Shown: positions 1-14,040, counted from the stretch's first letter. The stretch is DNA of 64,000 nt from Octopus vulgaris (GCA_951406725.2 OX597829.1:48608001-48672000); one strand, 5' to 3'. The notes: a model not told the origin generated them from the sequence alone. Numbers and translations: made by a program.

Positions 1-281
1 TCACAAGGCTTTGGTCAGCTCAGGTCTGTAGTGGAAGGCACTTGCCCAAGGTGTCAGTGTCATGCAGTGGGAATGAACCCTAAATCATATAACCACATGC
101 TTGGGAAGCAGAGTTCCTACCACACAGCTATACCTGCACAAGACAAAATTATGAATATTAAATAGTTTTTTTTTTTTTTCAGGTTGCAATTATGTGGGCG
201 GAGTATACACTGTGTGGGCTGCATTCTATCATTGGGTGATGATTGTATTGAATATGAGTTGTGAAAATTATTGGAGATATG

Positions 282-326
<45 letters not shown>

Positions 327-1586
327 TATTATTATTATTATTGTTATTATTATTATTTTGTAAAATCCAATTTATCAGTTAATTACGTGATTTAGAAAAT
401 GTCACATAAAGGTTGAACTTGTTTATTTGTAAGAATCAGCTATGTGAACTGGAACACTCCGACTGTGAAATATCTTAAAGAATTTATATTTTTGATATTG
501 TTTTAATCAGAGCGAAAGTCGTTGGGTGATTGTTTGATTGCATTTTTTTTTTGGGGGGGGGGGGGTTCTGCTTTCTTTTATTTTTTTTTTGCATTGTATG
601 GATGAGAAACTCGTTTGCATCATCATCCTCATCCTCATCATCATCATCATCATTTAATGTCTGTTTTTCTATGCTGGCATGGGTTGGATGGTTTGACCAC
701 AGCAGGCAAGCTGGAGCTGCACTAGATTCCAGTCTGATTTGGCCTGGTTTCTACGGCTGGACGCTCTTCCTAATGCCAACCACTTTATAGAATGTACTTA
801 TCGAGTGCTTTTTACATGGCACCGGCATGAATACTTTTGTGTGGTATTGGCGCTATCTATATATCTGTCTGCTAGGTATTTTGTCCAGCACGATAATGGT
901 TCTGCCAGCTAACTGCCATAATAATAACAATAATGGTTTCATATTTTTGGCACAAAGCCAGCATGTTTTGTGGGAGGAGCTAAGTTGATTACATCGAACC
1001 CCAGTATTTAACTGGCACTTATTTTACCGACCCCTAAACGCTAAACAGCAAAACTGACCTCAGTGGAATTTGAACTCAGAGCACGAGGACAGATCAAATG
1101 CCACCAAGCATTTTTCCAGTGTGCTAATGATTCTGCCAGCTCACTGCCTTAATAATAATATTTGCTTCAAATTTTGGCACAAGGCCAGCATTTTCGGAGG
1201 GAGGGGCTAAGTTGATAAGTTATCAACCCCAGTGCTCAACTGGTAATTTATTTTATCAACCTTGAAAGGATAAAAGGCAAAGCCGACCCTTACGACAATT
1301 GAACTCAGAATGTAAAGGCGGGAGAAATGTTGCTAAACATTTTGTCTGGTATGGTAAATGATTCTTCCAGCTTGCCGCCTTCTCCACACTAACCACTTTG
1401 AACAGTGTTTCCTCTCCTGAATGTCAGCTTTCTGGAATTCTTGCTCTGCACATGATTTTTAAATTGGTCATCAGAAATGTTAACAATGTAATATCTTTAT
1501 TTATCTCATTTATCTTTATTTACCTTTGGTAGTGCCAAAGCAAAAGGCACTACCATCTCCTCTAAATGAAACCAGTAAAAAACAAA

Positions 1587-2402
1587 ATCCATCCATCTGA
1601 CCATCCACCCATCCATCCATCCATCATCTATTCATTTGTCTCACCGTTTATTCATCCATTTATCCATCTATCTATCTGATCATCTGTCCATCCATCTGTC
1701 TGGCCATCCAGCTGTCCATCTGTCCATTTGTCTCACCATTTGTTTGTCCATTATCTATCTGTCTATCTGACCATTCATCCATCCATTTATCTGTCCATTT
1801 GCCTATCCTTTCATCCATTTGTCTCAACATCTGTTCATCCATTTATCCATCCATCTATCTGATCGTTTGTCCATCCTTCTGTTCGGCCATCCATCCATCC
1901 ACCCATCCATCCATCCATCTGTCCGTCCATTCGTTTGTCCATCCGTCTTTCTATTTATCTATCCATCGATTTGTCTCAGCATCTGTTCAGCCATTTCTTC
2001 ATCCATCTATCTGACCATCCATCCATCCATCTGTCCATCCATCAATCCATCCGGCCATCTATCCATTTGTCTTCCTGATTGTTTATCCATTTATCCATCC
2101 ATTTGTCTGTCCATCTATCTGTCCATCCAGCCATTTGTCTATCCATCCATCGATTTGTCTTGCAGTCTGTTTATCCATCCATCCATCCATCCATCCATCC
2201 ACCCACCCATCCATCCATCCATCCAGTCGTCCATCCGACCAGCTATCCATTTGTCTCAATGTTCTTGTATTCATTTATCCATTCATCTATCTGACCATCC
2301 ATCCATCCATCTATCTGACCATCCATCCATCCACTTGTCCTGCCTTTCATCTGTCCATCCATACATTTGTCTCCCTATCCATCCATCCATCTATTGGACC
2401 AT
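1587..2402 (+). repeat. Degenerate (CCAT/CTAT)n microsatellite tract
   Basis: About 800 bp of ccat/ctat/ctgt tetramers; source of the HPSI-rich ORFs. Confidence 0.95.
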
Positions 2403-3714
2403 CTGTTGTTTTTCTTCCTGATAGAAGGAAGGGATTAAAAAGATAGATTTGGTGGAAATTGCAAATTATTATTTTATTATGTGTACATGTTTTCTTTGTG
2501 TGTTTAGTGGTGGCTTATTTTTGGGAAATCTTCAAGGCACAGGCATGGTCGTGTGATAAGAAGCTTGCTTCTCAACCACATGGTTCTAAGTTCATTCCCA
2601 CTATGTGGCACCTTGCAAAAGTGTCTTCTGCTGTGGCCTCAGGCCGACCAAAGACTTGTGAGTGGATTTGGTAGACAGAAGCTGGAAAGAAGTGCATCAT
2701 GGTACCTTGGGCAAGTGTCTTCTACTATAGCCTCGGGCCAACCAAAGTCTTGTGAATGGATTTCGTAGATGGAAACTGAAAGAAGCCCGTCATATATTGA
2801 AATACATACTGAAGTCAGTATGATGAATTAAATTTTTAAAGGTGATACCCCATAATGGTGACAATCGAAAGACTAAACCCAATAAAATAATGTTTAAAGA
2901 CTCAATGGCTTCAAATTTGTGGTAATGGATTACTAACCATAAGATAATGAGTTCAAAACTTGGCGTTGAGCTTCCACTCTGTACAATAACACTATATGTA
3001 CATCTCAGTTTTCTTGGCTTCCAACAATTAATAATTGTAATTTGAAGTTGAATGAAGAAAGATGTCCAAATTTCTTACAAAATTATTGTACAAAATATTC
3101 TGCAAAGAAGTATTTTTTCACCACAACAAAACACACACACACACACACACACACACAAATGTGAGAAGGGCTTTTTCAGCCATAAGGTGGTCAATATTCT
3201 TTTCTACTCTAGGCACAAGGTCTGAAATTTTAGTGGGAGGTGGCTAGTCTGCAATTGGTACTTAATATATCAACCCCGAAAGTATGAAAGGCAAAGTCGG
3301 CCTCAGTGGAATTTGAACTTAGAATGTAAAGACAGACAAAATACTGCCAAGCATTTCGCCCGTCATGCTAACGTTTCTGCCACAAGTTACCTTTAAAGAT
3401 ATACATATATATATATATATTCTTTTCTACTCTAGACACAAGGCTGGAAATTTTGGGGGAGGCGGGGGCAGTCGATTAGATCGACCCCATTACGCAACTG
3501 GTACTTAATTTATTGATCCCGAAAGGATGAAAGGCAAAGTCAACCTCAGCAGAATTTGAACTCAGAATGTAATGACAGACGAAATACCGCTAAGCATTTC
3601 GCCCTGCATGCTAATGTTTATTATTTCTTTATTGCCCACAAGTGGTTAAACATAGAGGGGACAAACAAGGACAGACAAAGGGATTAAGTCGATTAGATCT
3701 ACCCCCAGTGCGTA

Positions 3715-4123
3715 AATGGCAGCTAACCTGGCAGACACCCATAAAATTATCAACCATCGCACAAACAATAACACTGAGCACCTCTTCAAACTCCACCCAT
3801 CTAACACCCGTGGACATATTTACAAAGTAAGAAAACAGCACAGCTCCCATGACTTCAGGAAACATTTTTTCACGCTGAGAGTTGCTGAAGCGTGGAACAA
3901 ACTGCCGGCATCGGTTGTTAGTTGTCGGAGCACTGCATCCTTCAAGACTTCCATGCTTCCTGAGATTCGCCAACACTACACTTGATTTTCTCCCCTCCAT
4001 ACACACACAAGCATGTTCACTTTCCAGACATTTCTACATTACTGCATGTACTTTATATGCACTTTCTGACAAGTTGCGGTGCACCTGAGCACTGTATACA
4101 ATAATTTCATTATTATTATTATT
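3715..4123 (+). mobile_element. 5'-truncated CR1-clade LINE 3' end nested in a SINE
   Basis: ORF ...NTRGHIYKVRKQ...RKHFFTLRVAEAWNKLP... matches the CR1 ORF2 C-terminus and is followed by an (ATT)n tail. It splits a minus-strand family-A SINE (about 3620-3714 and 4125-4265). Confidence 0.85.
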
Positions 4124-4785
4124 AAATAGTACTTAATTTATTGACCCCAAAAGGATGGAAGGCAAAGTTGACCTCGATGGAATTTGGACTCAGAATGTAG
4201 CGGCAGATGAAATACTGCTAAACATTTCACCTGGCATGCTAACGTTTCTGCCAGCTTATTGCCTTCTGGTTGTCATTATTGTTGCTCTCCTCGTTGATTT
4301 TTTTTAGTTACACTGTGTAGCGTTTTATTGTTTGTTTTGTAGTTAGTGTTTCGGTACAGATGTTTGTCAGCTTTATGTTTTACTAAGGTTTATTTTATCT
4401 GTCCATTACAATTTCTTTTTTTGTGAAATTCTTTGTTTTGTTGCTTGATGTAGTATCTTGTTTTGACTATATCGTTAATTATGTATTTAATTATATTTAG
4501 TCTTTAGTATATTGTGTTTGACGTTGTCTCTGTTTTTCTTTGAGAGCTTGCTTCTTTCTTGAAGTTGTATGTTTATTGATTGGTGTTGTTGTTGTTGTGA
4601 CATTGTATATAAACCTAAAAGCCATTTTAAAACAAAAAATTGCATTGTTTTATTCATATTTTCTCTTTGTTTTTTTTTTTTGTCTTTTTCTAATGTAAAC
4701 TAAAATAGGATAGCTACAAAAATGCACTAGAGACTACCAAGAGTTGTAAAGTCCTTCATACTGTCCTACATGGTTCCTCTGAGGG

Positions 4786-5169
4786 GACTAGCATAACTAG
4801 GGTGGCAGTAGTGGTGGTCCACCCTGGGTAGTGCTTTTGGGTCTGCTGTAGGTAATATGTGTTTTTTTGTGGGGTCCAGGGCCGGCAAATGGAAGGGTCA
4901 CCCTGGGCAGCACTTTTGGGTTTGCTGTAGGCAATATGTGTTTTTTGTGGGGTCCAGGGCCGGCAAATGGAAGGGTCGCCCTGGACAGCACTTTTGGGTT
5001 TGCTGTAGGCAATATGTGTTTTTTGTGGGGTCCAGGGCCGGCAAATGGAAGGGTCGCCCTGGGCAGCACTTTTGGGTTTGCTGTAGGCAATATGTGTTTT
5101 TTTTGTGGGGTCTGGGGCTGGCAAATGGAAGGGCTACCCCGGGCAGCACACACTCTTGCTACACTAGTG
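4786..5169. mobile_element. hAT-like MITE with internal 78-bp tandem expansion
   Basis: 8-bp TSD TCTGAGGG at 4778-4785 and 5170-5177, imperfect TIR (actagc...ctagtg), and about 4 copies of a 78-bp unit. A related single-unit copy lies at about 58891-59075. Confidence 0.8.
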
Positions 5170-5489
5170 TCTGAGGGTGCTCTTTGCCAAGTGTCTAAGG
5201 CAGCTGGTACATTCATCATTAAAAAGTTAAGGTGCTTTTACTTGGTGTTGGAATATTTCAGAATTAGGATCCTGTCTTCAGAAAATCTTCAAATAAAAAG
5301 TGTTGTTAGCTAGATCTCTACTCTGTAATGTTCAGTGTATGAAGGGTTATTTTGTGTTGCTATAATAGCCAGTCAGCTGCATCCATTTCAGATCTGTTGT
5401 TAATATGCAGGTGGTGCTTAAGGTGGCATTCTGGCAAAATCATTAACATGCTGGGTAAAATGCTTTGTGGCACATATATACTCTCTCTT

Positions 5490-5898
5490 TTACTCTTTTA
5501 CTCTTTTACTTGTTTCAGTCATTTGACTGCGGCCATGCTGGAGCACCGCCTTTAGTCGAGCAAATCGACCCCGGGACTTATTCTTTGTAAGCCCAGTATT
5601 TATTCTATCGGTCTCTTTTGCCAAACCGCTAAGTGACGGGGACGTAAACAAACCAGCATCGGTTGTCAAGCAATGCTAGAGGGACAAACACAGACACACA
5701 AACACACACACATACATATATATATATACATATATACGACAGGCTTCTTTCAGTTTCCGTCTATCAAATCCACTCACAAGGCATTGGTCGGCCCGAGGCT
5801 ATAGCAGGAGACACTTGCCCAAGATGCCACGCAGTGGGACTGAACCCGGAACCATGTGGTTGGTTAGCAAGCTACTTACCACACAGCCACTCCTGCGC
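5490..5898 (-). mobile_element. tRNA-derived SINE family B
   Basis: Reverse complement of GCAGGAGTGGCTGTGTGGTAAG...GGTTCAGTCCC...CTTGGGCAAGTG...(TG)n...GACTGAAACAAGTAAAAGA. Confidence 0.85.
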
Positions 5899-6428
5899 CT
5901 ATATATATACATATGTAAAGTTAATCCAAACATGAAAACACAAAGAGAAAGCACAATAACGCGAGGACGTGGAACAAGTATAGTGTTATTGGACACTCAG
6001 AAAAGGAAAGAAAGAAGGAGGATTTAACGTTTTGAGCGGAGCTCTTCATCAGAAACATAGAAAAAGGAAAGATCCAAGGAAGGGAAGAATGTTTTCATGT
6101 TCTGAGTTGAAAATCTGCTGGGGACGATCTTGCCTTTCATCCTTATGAGGTTGTAGGGCAGGATTTATGACAGATGAATTGTAGACAGGAACTTTGCTGA
6201 GGACTAGCTGGTCTGTGGACTAGCTGGTCTACAGACTAGCTGGTCTGCTGTGATGTGAACTTCCAGTTGAGTGAGCTTCGAGAGGCAGAGGTAACTGGCA
6301 GCTGTTACCCTGTTATACTTAAAGGAATAAATCTTTCACTAATACAGTCTCATCTCTATGAGTTTATTTGTGTATAGCCTTGGGAGTGGATTTGGCAGAT
6401 GGAAACTGAAAGAAGCCCATCGTATATA

Positions 6429-6485
<57 letters not shown>

Positions 6486-6780
6486 TTGTGTTTCTGTGTT
6501 TGTCTCCCCAACATCGCTTGACAACCGATGCTGGTATGTTTACGTCCCTGTAACTTACCAGTTTGGCAAAAGAGACCGATAGAATAAGTACTAGGCTTAC
6601 AAAGAATAAGTGTTGGGGTCGATTTGCTCGACTAAAGGCAGTGCTCCAGCATGGCCACAGTCGAATGACTGAAACAAGTAAAAGAGACTCTGTGTCAAGA
6701 GACTGTCCAACTCATATCGGTATAGAACGGCAGATATAAATATGATGATGATGATGGGCACACTTGTCTAAGTGATGAAC

Positions 6781-6844
<64 letters not shown>

Positions 6845-7963
6845 GAGGGAGAGGAAGAAAGAGAGCCTCTACATAGTTGCTTGATCTGCTCTGAATCACA
6901 GCCAAATCTCTAGCAAATGGCCCACTCCCATCTTCTGTCACTTCCTCGATGCAGTGGTTTTTGAAATAGGGATCTGTGGCACACTGGCACACTGGCACGT
7001 CATAAAGAGCATCAGTTCATCATTGATGTTTAAAGATATAATTTAAGGCTTTAATAAACCCATATTTAGTGCTTTTGAGAGTCTTAAACGATGTGTTTTT
7101 CTTTCGTTATACACTGTTAAAGTAAACAAGACAAGGTAACTTGTAGTTTTCTCTGTTTTCATTTATTGTGTGCCTTTTGCTTGTTTCAATCATTGGATTG
7201 CAGCCATGCTGAGGTACCACCTAGGCAAGCAGATTCACCCTTGTACTTACTTTCTATGTTTGATACTTATTTCTATCAATCTTGTTTGCTGAGCTGCTAA
7301 GTTATGGGCTGTGAAAAAAAAGAAAGCAATACTAGTTGTGAAGTAGTTGGGTGGCAAGCACATGCACAAGCATACTTACGCACACTCACACATGCATACA
7401 CACATACACATGCACACACGCAGACACACAGACACACACACACACACAAACACAAGCATGCACACATACATGCACATACACACACAAACAGACATACACA
7501 GACATGCACACACATACATATTCATATGAAGGATTTCCACACAATTTCTACCAAATTCCTTCATGGTCAGCCAATACCTCATGAAAGCATTTGCCCAAGG
7601 TATCACCCAGAGGGACTGAACTTGAACCCATGTGGTCACAAGGCATGTTTCATGACCACACAGCCATGCCTAAATTTTTAATTTTTACTTTTTAATTTTT
7701 AATTAAAAAATGTTTAATTTTTAAGTCTTGTTTTTTTATTTTTAAGTTTCCATGTAAAGTGCACCCAGAGCAGCACAAAGCCAGAGAACTATTACTCTGT
7801 CCCCTTAACAAAGGAAGGACACAGAGGACAGTGTAATGCTTGATATAAATAAAAGACAGGTTGGTCAAAGCTGGAAGGCTTTTGATCAAAGACCTGCTTG
7901 ATTAGAACTGACTTTTAAGGAAAAACAACAGCAGTAAACACAGCAACATACCTGAGTGAACGT

Positions 7964-8942
7964 TTAACCGTTTCGTTACCGTATTTCTGTTCAGATGCTC
8001 TGTGTTTCTTTCAATTAATTTTAAATATAACAAAGAAATTAGTAAAATAACTTAGTTATCATTAAGCTAGTGTTAGGGACATAAATTGTGACTAAGGCTT
8101 GGTGGAAGATTTTAATTCAAAACTTATGCAAACAGGACATTTGTACTCAGAGCCAGAGCTGGTTTCAGCCGAGTTGGTAATGAAAGGGTTAAGAATTGTT
8201 TCTCTATTATATATTTTAACCCTTTTGTTACCATATTTCTGTTGAGATGCTCTGTGTTTCTTTCAATTAATTTTAAATATAACAAAGAAATTAGTAAAAT
8301 AACTTAGTTATCATTAAGCTAGTGTTAGGAACATAAATTGTGACTAAGGCTTGGTGGAAGATTTTAATTCAAAACTTATGCAAACAGGACATTTGTACTC
8401 AGAGCCAGAGCTGGTTTCAGCCGAGTTGGTAATGAAAGGGTTAAGAATTGTTTCTCTATTATATATTTTAACCCTTTTACTGTATTTCTGTTGAGATGCT
8501 CTGTGTTTCTTTCAATTAATTTTAAATATAACAAAGAAATTAGTAAAATAACTTAGTTATCATTAAGCTAGTGTTAGGAACATAAATTGTGACTAAGGTC
8601 TGGTGGAAGATTTTTATTCAAAACTTATGCAAACAAAACATTTATACTCAGAGCCAGAGCTGGTTTCAGCCGGGTTGGTAATGAAAGGGTTAAGAATTGT
8701 TTCTCTATTATATATTTTAACCCTTTTACTGTATTTCTGTTGAGATGCTCTTTGTTTCTTTCAATTAATTTTAAATATAACAAAGAATTTAGTAAAATAA
8801 CTTAGTTATCATTCATCTTGTGTTAGGAACATAAATTGTGACTAAGGCTTGGTGGAAGATTTTAATTCAAAACTTATGCAAACAGGACATTTGTACTCAG
8901 AGCCAGAGCCGGTTTCAGCCATGTTGGTAATGAAAGGGTTAA
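7964..8942. mobile_element. Tandem array of 4 piggyBac-type (TTAA) MITEs
   Basis: Units of about 220 bp with TTAA-CCCTTT...AAAGGG-TTAA ends, period about 250 bp, joined by the spacer gaattgtttctctattatatatt. Confidence 0.85.
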
Positions 8943-10514
8943 GCTAAAGTTGCATTTTGACAGAGTTTTGAACTCAAACTAATGGTGAGTGGAATTAAAT
9001 GCTAAAATATTTAGTTTAAACCCTTAGTGATTCGGACAGCATCCTGCCATTTGTGAGATGAAATAAGGAAGATCACCTAATCTGTAATTCACTGATGGAA
9101 ATTGAATCCGTTCCAATTTTATAGTTGAATATTTGGCTCTACTTTAAAGGATATTTGGTTGTCAAAAGTGGTGTTTTTAGCAATTAATATTTCAATCAGG
9201 AAGGCAATCAGATAATTAATTAGATAATAATTGCGAAGAAAGAAAAAAAATTGGCCAATGCTTGCGAACCACTTAGGGATTTTCATGTAGAGAATCACTA
9301 AATAGTTGCTCAACCTGCTAGATATAACAGCCAAAGGTTTTTCTAGCTTTTAAAAAATGGGAAGGATCTATGAGAATCTGAGATAGTTTGAAAAGATGGG
9401 ATGGTCACTGTTAGATTGGTTTTATTCATAAGTCTGCTCAGTCAGTGTTGACTCCGATTGAGGAGACTAATGATTAAACAACAAGGAATCTCTGGTTTAG
9501 TGCAGCATGGAAAACAGTGATGGTAATCTCTGTTGAGCCAGAGAGTGGAGAAGCTTTTACAATGCCAATCAACATGCTAGAAATAGCAGTCAAAGCTCCT
9601 ATAAACCAGATCCTACTTAAAAAGTTAAAAAAAAAGAACTCATTGAATTATGTAGTACTAAAGCAATTTTATCTGGAAGCACAAAAATTTCTTTCTGGGA
9701 AGGGTTCTGATTTTCTCACCTGTGAATATTAGTCCCCAGTATATGCAAAGTTTAAGGGGGCAAGCTGGCAGAATGCTTGGCATTCTGGGAAAAATGCCTA
9801 ATTACATTTCATCCATTTTTATGATCTGAGTTCAAATTCTGCTGAGGTTGACTTTGTCTTTCCAAATAAGTAACAGTTGAGCCCTGGAGTCAATGTAATT
9901 GACTTACCCCACTCCCAAAATTGCTGGCCTTGTGCTAAAATTTGAAATCAGTATTTATATGAGGTAAAGCAGTGAACTGGCGGAACAATTAGCATGCCAG
10001 GCGAAATGCTTGGCAGCAGTTCATCTGTCTTTACTTTCTGAGTTCAGATGCCACTAGGATTGACTTTGCTTTTCGTCCTTTTGGGGGGGTTGATAAAATA
10101 AGTACCTGTTGAACACTGGGGTCGATGTAATCAACTTACCCCTCTCCCAAAATTGCTGATCCTGTGCCAACATTTGGAACCAATACATGCAAACTTTCTC
10201 TGAGAATTCAATAAACTTTTAGGCTTGAATATATGTACCCTAACACCCCTCCATCATAGTCCCATGTGCATAGTATTGAACACACACATGATTTTGTAAA
10301 CTTACATAGTGGTTGTCCTGTCTCCGTGTCACAAAGTGAACAAATGGCTCAGGGCAAAAATTTTATGACCCTATATTTTCTGTGTTTTAATCCCTGGGAG
10401 GTTGATTTTTCTGCCTTTCGCCCCTATCAAGGTTAATAGAACAATCCAGGTTTCCTGCACCAATGTAACCCTTTTGTGTTAGACTCCCTGATCAAGCAAT
10501 GAAGCGTGGCCTGG

Positions 10515-10980
10515 ATTTTAGTCACATTGGTCCCTGTTCTGCTCTATAGTTATGAGACTTGGACACTGTCTGGGACCCTTAAGTGCCACCTGAATTCCTT
10601 TGGTACCAGGGTACTTCACATGATTATGGGTTACCATTGGTTGGATTTTGTATCAAACCAACAACTCTATTCAGAAACTGGGATGTGTCCTGTTACTTGT
10701 ATGATTCAGTGACACCAGATCAGACTGTTTGACCATGTTTCTTGGTTCTCCAAGTTAGACCTTACTTTCCATGTTCTTTTCCTTGAGGATCCAGCTGGGT
10801 TGACAGTTTGTCTTGGTCAGCTGCATCCCACATGGTCATGGCAGATGGGGAGGTGTCTCATGGAAATGGGAACTGGCTGGGACTCTGCTTGATAGGTTGC
10901 CTGAGAGGACTTGGTAATAAACTGACAAATGGTGAATGTAACAACACACTACAGTGGTGCATGTCCCTGCACCAGATCCG
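10515..10980 (+). mobile_element. Degenerate RTE-type LINE remnant
   Basis: PVLLYSYETWTL...HWLDFVSNQQLY resembles the RTE post-RT region (LLYGSETW); contains stops. Confidence 0.7.
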
Positions 10981-10984
10981 TCTT

Positions 10985-11795
10985 TTGCTAGCTGAAATAT
11001 CTCATTTGTGCACACTATGTCTTCAGGTGATAGCATTAGTTCACTAACTGAATGGGTTGATCTTGGCCATTTACTGTTTCTTGTCTGTTCATTCACTCAG
11101 CATCTAGTGATATTCCCCATTGACATAAACATCTGACTTGGATTTGAGTTTCACTGGTCATTTGCTATGATTACAGATGATAGCAGTAATTCAGTAATCC
11201 TGGCTCTTGTTAGTTTGTTGTCTGTTCATTGTCTCAACATTTAGTAATATATTCACCATTGACTCAAACATCTGGCTTGGGTTTCAGTGACATCAGACAT
11301 TTGCTAATTGAAATATCTCTTTTCTGCATGCCTTGACTACAGTTAATAACAGTAGTTCAGTAATTAAACTGGTTGATCCTGGCCACTGACAATTTCTTGT
11401 CCATTCATCTGCTCAGCATTTAGTGATATACACCATTGGCTCAAACATCTGACTTGGGTTTTAGTTACACTGGTCATTTGCTAGCTGAAATATCTCATCT
11501 CTGCATTCCATGATTACAGACGATAGATATAGTTCACTAACTGAACTGGTTAATACTAGCCATTGACAGTTTGTTTGTTCATCATCTCAGCATTTAGTAA
11601 TATTCACCATTGATTTGAGCATCTGACTTGGATTTTAGTTACATTTATCTTTACCTAGCTGAAATCTCTCATCTACACATGCCATGGCCATAGGTGATAG
11701 CAGTAGTTCACTAACTGAGCTACTCCATCCTTGCTGTTGACAGTTTGTTGTTTGCTCATCCACTCAACATCCAGTTATCTTTGCCATTGACTCAG
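10985..11795. repeat. Diverged ~177-bp tandem repeat (~4.5 units)
   Basis: ttgctagctgaaatatctc...aacatctgacttgg recurs near 10985, 11160, 11300, 11478 and 11655. Confidence 0.75.
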
Positions 11796-12080
11796 TAAGA
11801 GTCACCTGCCCAAATAGTTCACATCTGCCATGATGCATCCCATGATATCAACATGCCCTAGCTTAGGTGGTTACCACTTCTATTTACATGCTAATTAACC
11901 TATAACTGGAATCCTGACAGGTGCTATTACTCAGGATCAAAGTAGGGCAGGAAACAATAATGGTTAAGGGGTGCATCCACGTTCCTCAAAATCATAGGGC
12001 TCCTGAACCAGGGTTCCACAACTGGGTGCCATTTAGTCATACCCAACACTGAATAAAACACTAGTAAAATACTGGGGTTG

Positions 12081-12387
12081 TGGAAGCACATGGCCTAGTG
12101 GACTCGCAGTTGAGGGATCATGGGTTTGAATCTCAGACTGGGTGATGCATGTATTTATGAGCAAACCACCTAAGCTCCACACAGCTCTGGCAGAAGGTAA
12201 TGGTGAAATTCTGCCGACTCTTTCGCCACAACTTTCTCTCACTCTCTCCTCCTGAATCTAGCAGCTCAGTTGCGATGGACCGACTTCTCATCCAGGTGGG
12301 GGACCTATATGCCAACGAAACCGGGAAACCAGCCCTCATGAGCCAGGTATGGCTCGAGAAGGCATAAGCAACAACAACAACAACAAC
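12081..12387 (+). mobile_element. tRNA-derived SINE family C with (CAA)n tail
   Basis: A-box TGGCCTAGTGG, B-box-like GGTTTGAATC, (CAA)n tail, and 15-bp TSD AAAATACTGGGGTTG at 12066-12080 and 12388-12402. Confidence 0.85.
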
Positions 12388-12787
12388 AAAATACTGGGGT
12401 TGAATTAATTAATCATATTCCGCCTTGAAAATTTTTGGTCTTGTGCCAATATTAGGAAATTCATTACTTCCTTCCCTTTGGAAATGGCACCAATGAGATG
12501 GCAATAATTCTTCGGATTAAACAGCCATGCAAGAAATCAATATCATAATCTGTCTTCCTCAGGAACTCTGGATAACGGATTTGCTTTTGGCAATAGTCAT
12601 TAAATGATGATGGTTAGCAGTGTTTTTAGTTCGTCAAGCTAATTGCCATCATTCTACTCACTGCTACCTTGATTGTAGAATGCTAATTAAATATCTTCCA
12701 CACTGCTTGTCTTGTACACTGATTGTTAAAATCCATCCAACCAGCCATTTATCTATTTATCTGCCAAACCACACTCCAACATGTGCA

Positions 12788-13329
12788 TCTCTCTCTCTCT
12801 CTTTCTTTCTCTCCCTCTTTCTTTTTCATTTTCTTTTTCTCTTTCTCTCTCCTATTCTCTCTTTCTCACTTTTTCTCCCTGTCTACTCTTTTTCTTTCTC
12901 TCATCCTCTCTCTCTCTCTCCTTCTCTGTGTCTCTCCCTCTCTTTCTTCCCCTCCTCTCTCTCTCTTCCTCTCCTCCACCTCTCCTCCTCTTTCCTCCTC
13001 CTCTCTCCCACCACTTCTCCCCCTCTCTCCCCCCTCTCTTCCTCCTCTCTCCCACCTCTCTCTTCCCCTCCTACCCCTCTCTTCTCATCCTCCCCTCTTC
13101 CCCCTCCTCTCTCTTCCCCCTCTTCCCCCTCCCTTCTCTTCCCCTCTCTCTGTCTTTGTTAAAGAAACAACTCTGTTTGCTTGTGCTGCATGCCCAGTGA
13201 GACACAGCAAGAGAGACAGTGAGAGAGAGAGAGACAGTGAGAGACAGTGAGAGAGAGAGAGAGAGAGACAATGAGAGACAGTGTCAAAAAGTGCTAGAGA
13301 GAGAGAGAGAGAGGGGGGAAGAGGAAAGA

Positions 13330-13360
<31 letters not shown>
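12788..13360. repeat. Polypyrimidine (CT/CCT) tract followed by (GA)n tract
   Basis: Visible directly in the sequence. Confidence 0.9.
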
Positions 13361-13829
13361 TATCAAAATAGCAGATGCTATCATCACATTACCAGCCAGT
13401 AATAAACAAAACACAGCAGAACCATTTGCATGTACCCTCCACCCCAAATTCTTCACTGACCTGAACGCCATTAAAATTCACCATTTTCCAATTGTTATGA
13501 TTTAAGATATTCCTACCTTTTATTCTTGCACTTGTTTCACTCATTGCACCGAGGTCATGGTGGAGCACTGCACTAAAGTGTTTTGGTTGAACGAATCGAG
13601 CTCCAATAATTTCTGTAATTATTGTTTTCAAACCTGGTACTTATTCTGTCAGTTTCCTTTTGCTAAATTGTAAGTTACAGAGGATGTAAACAAACCAACA
13701 CTGGTTGTCAAGCAATTGTGGGGGGATAAGCACAAACATAAAGACACACTGGTACATACATAAATATACACACACACACACACATAAACACATACTCACA
13801 CTCACACACTTGTACATACATATTCAAAA

Positions 13830-14040
13830 TGTGACCGCGTGTGTACCGTTGGCGATTTTTTTCCTCTGTCTTCCCTTCCTTGGATCTTTCCTTTTTCTAT
13901 GTTTCTGATGAAGAGTTCTGCTCGAAACGTTAAATCCTCCTTCTTTCTTTTTCCTGAGCGTCCAATAACACTATACTTGTTCCATGTCCTCGTGTTGTTG
14001 TGTTTTCTCTTTGTGTTTTCATGTTTGGATTAACTTTACA
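13830..14040 (+). mobile_element. Penelope-like pLTR fragment carrying a minimal hammerhead-like motif
   Basis: TTT-CTGATGA-A-GAG-TTCTG-CTC-GAAAC-GTT-AAA at about 13902-13934; a second copy lies on the minus strand at about 5905-6090. Confidence 0.55.
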
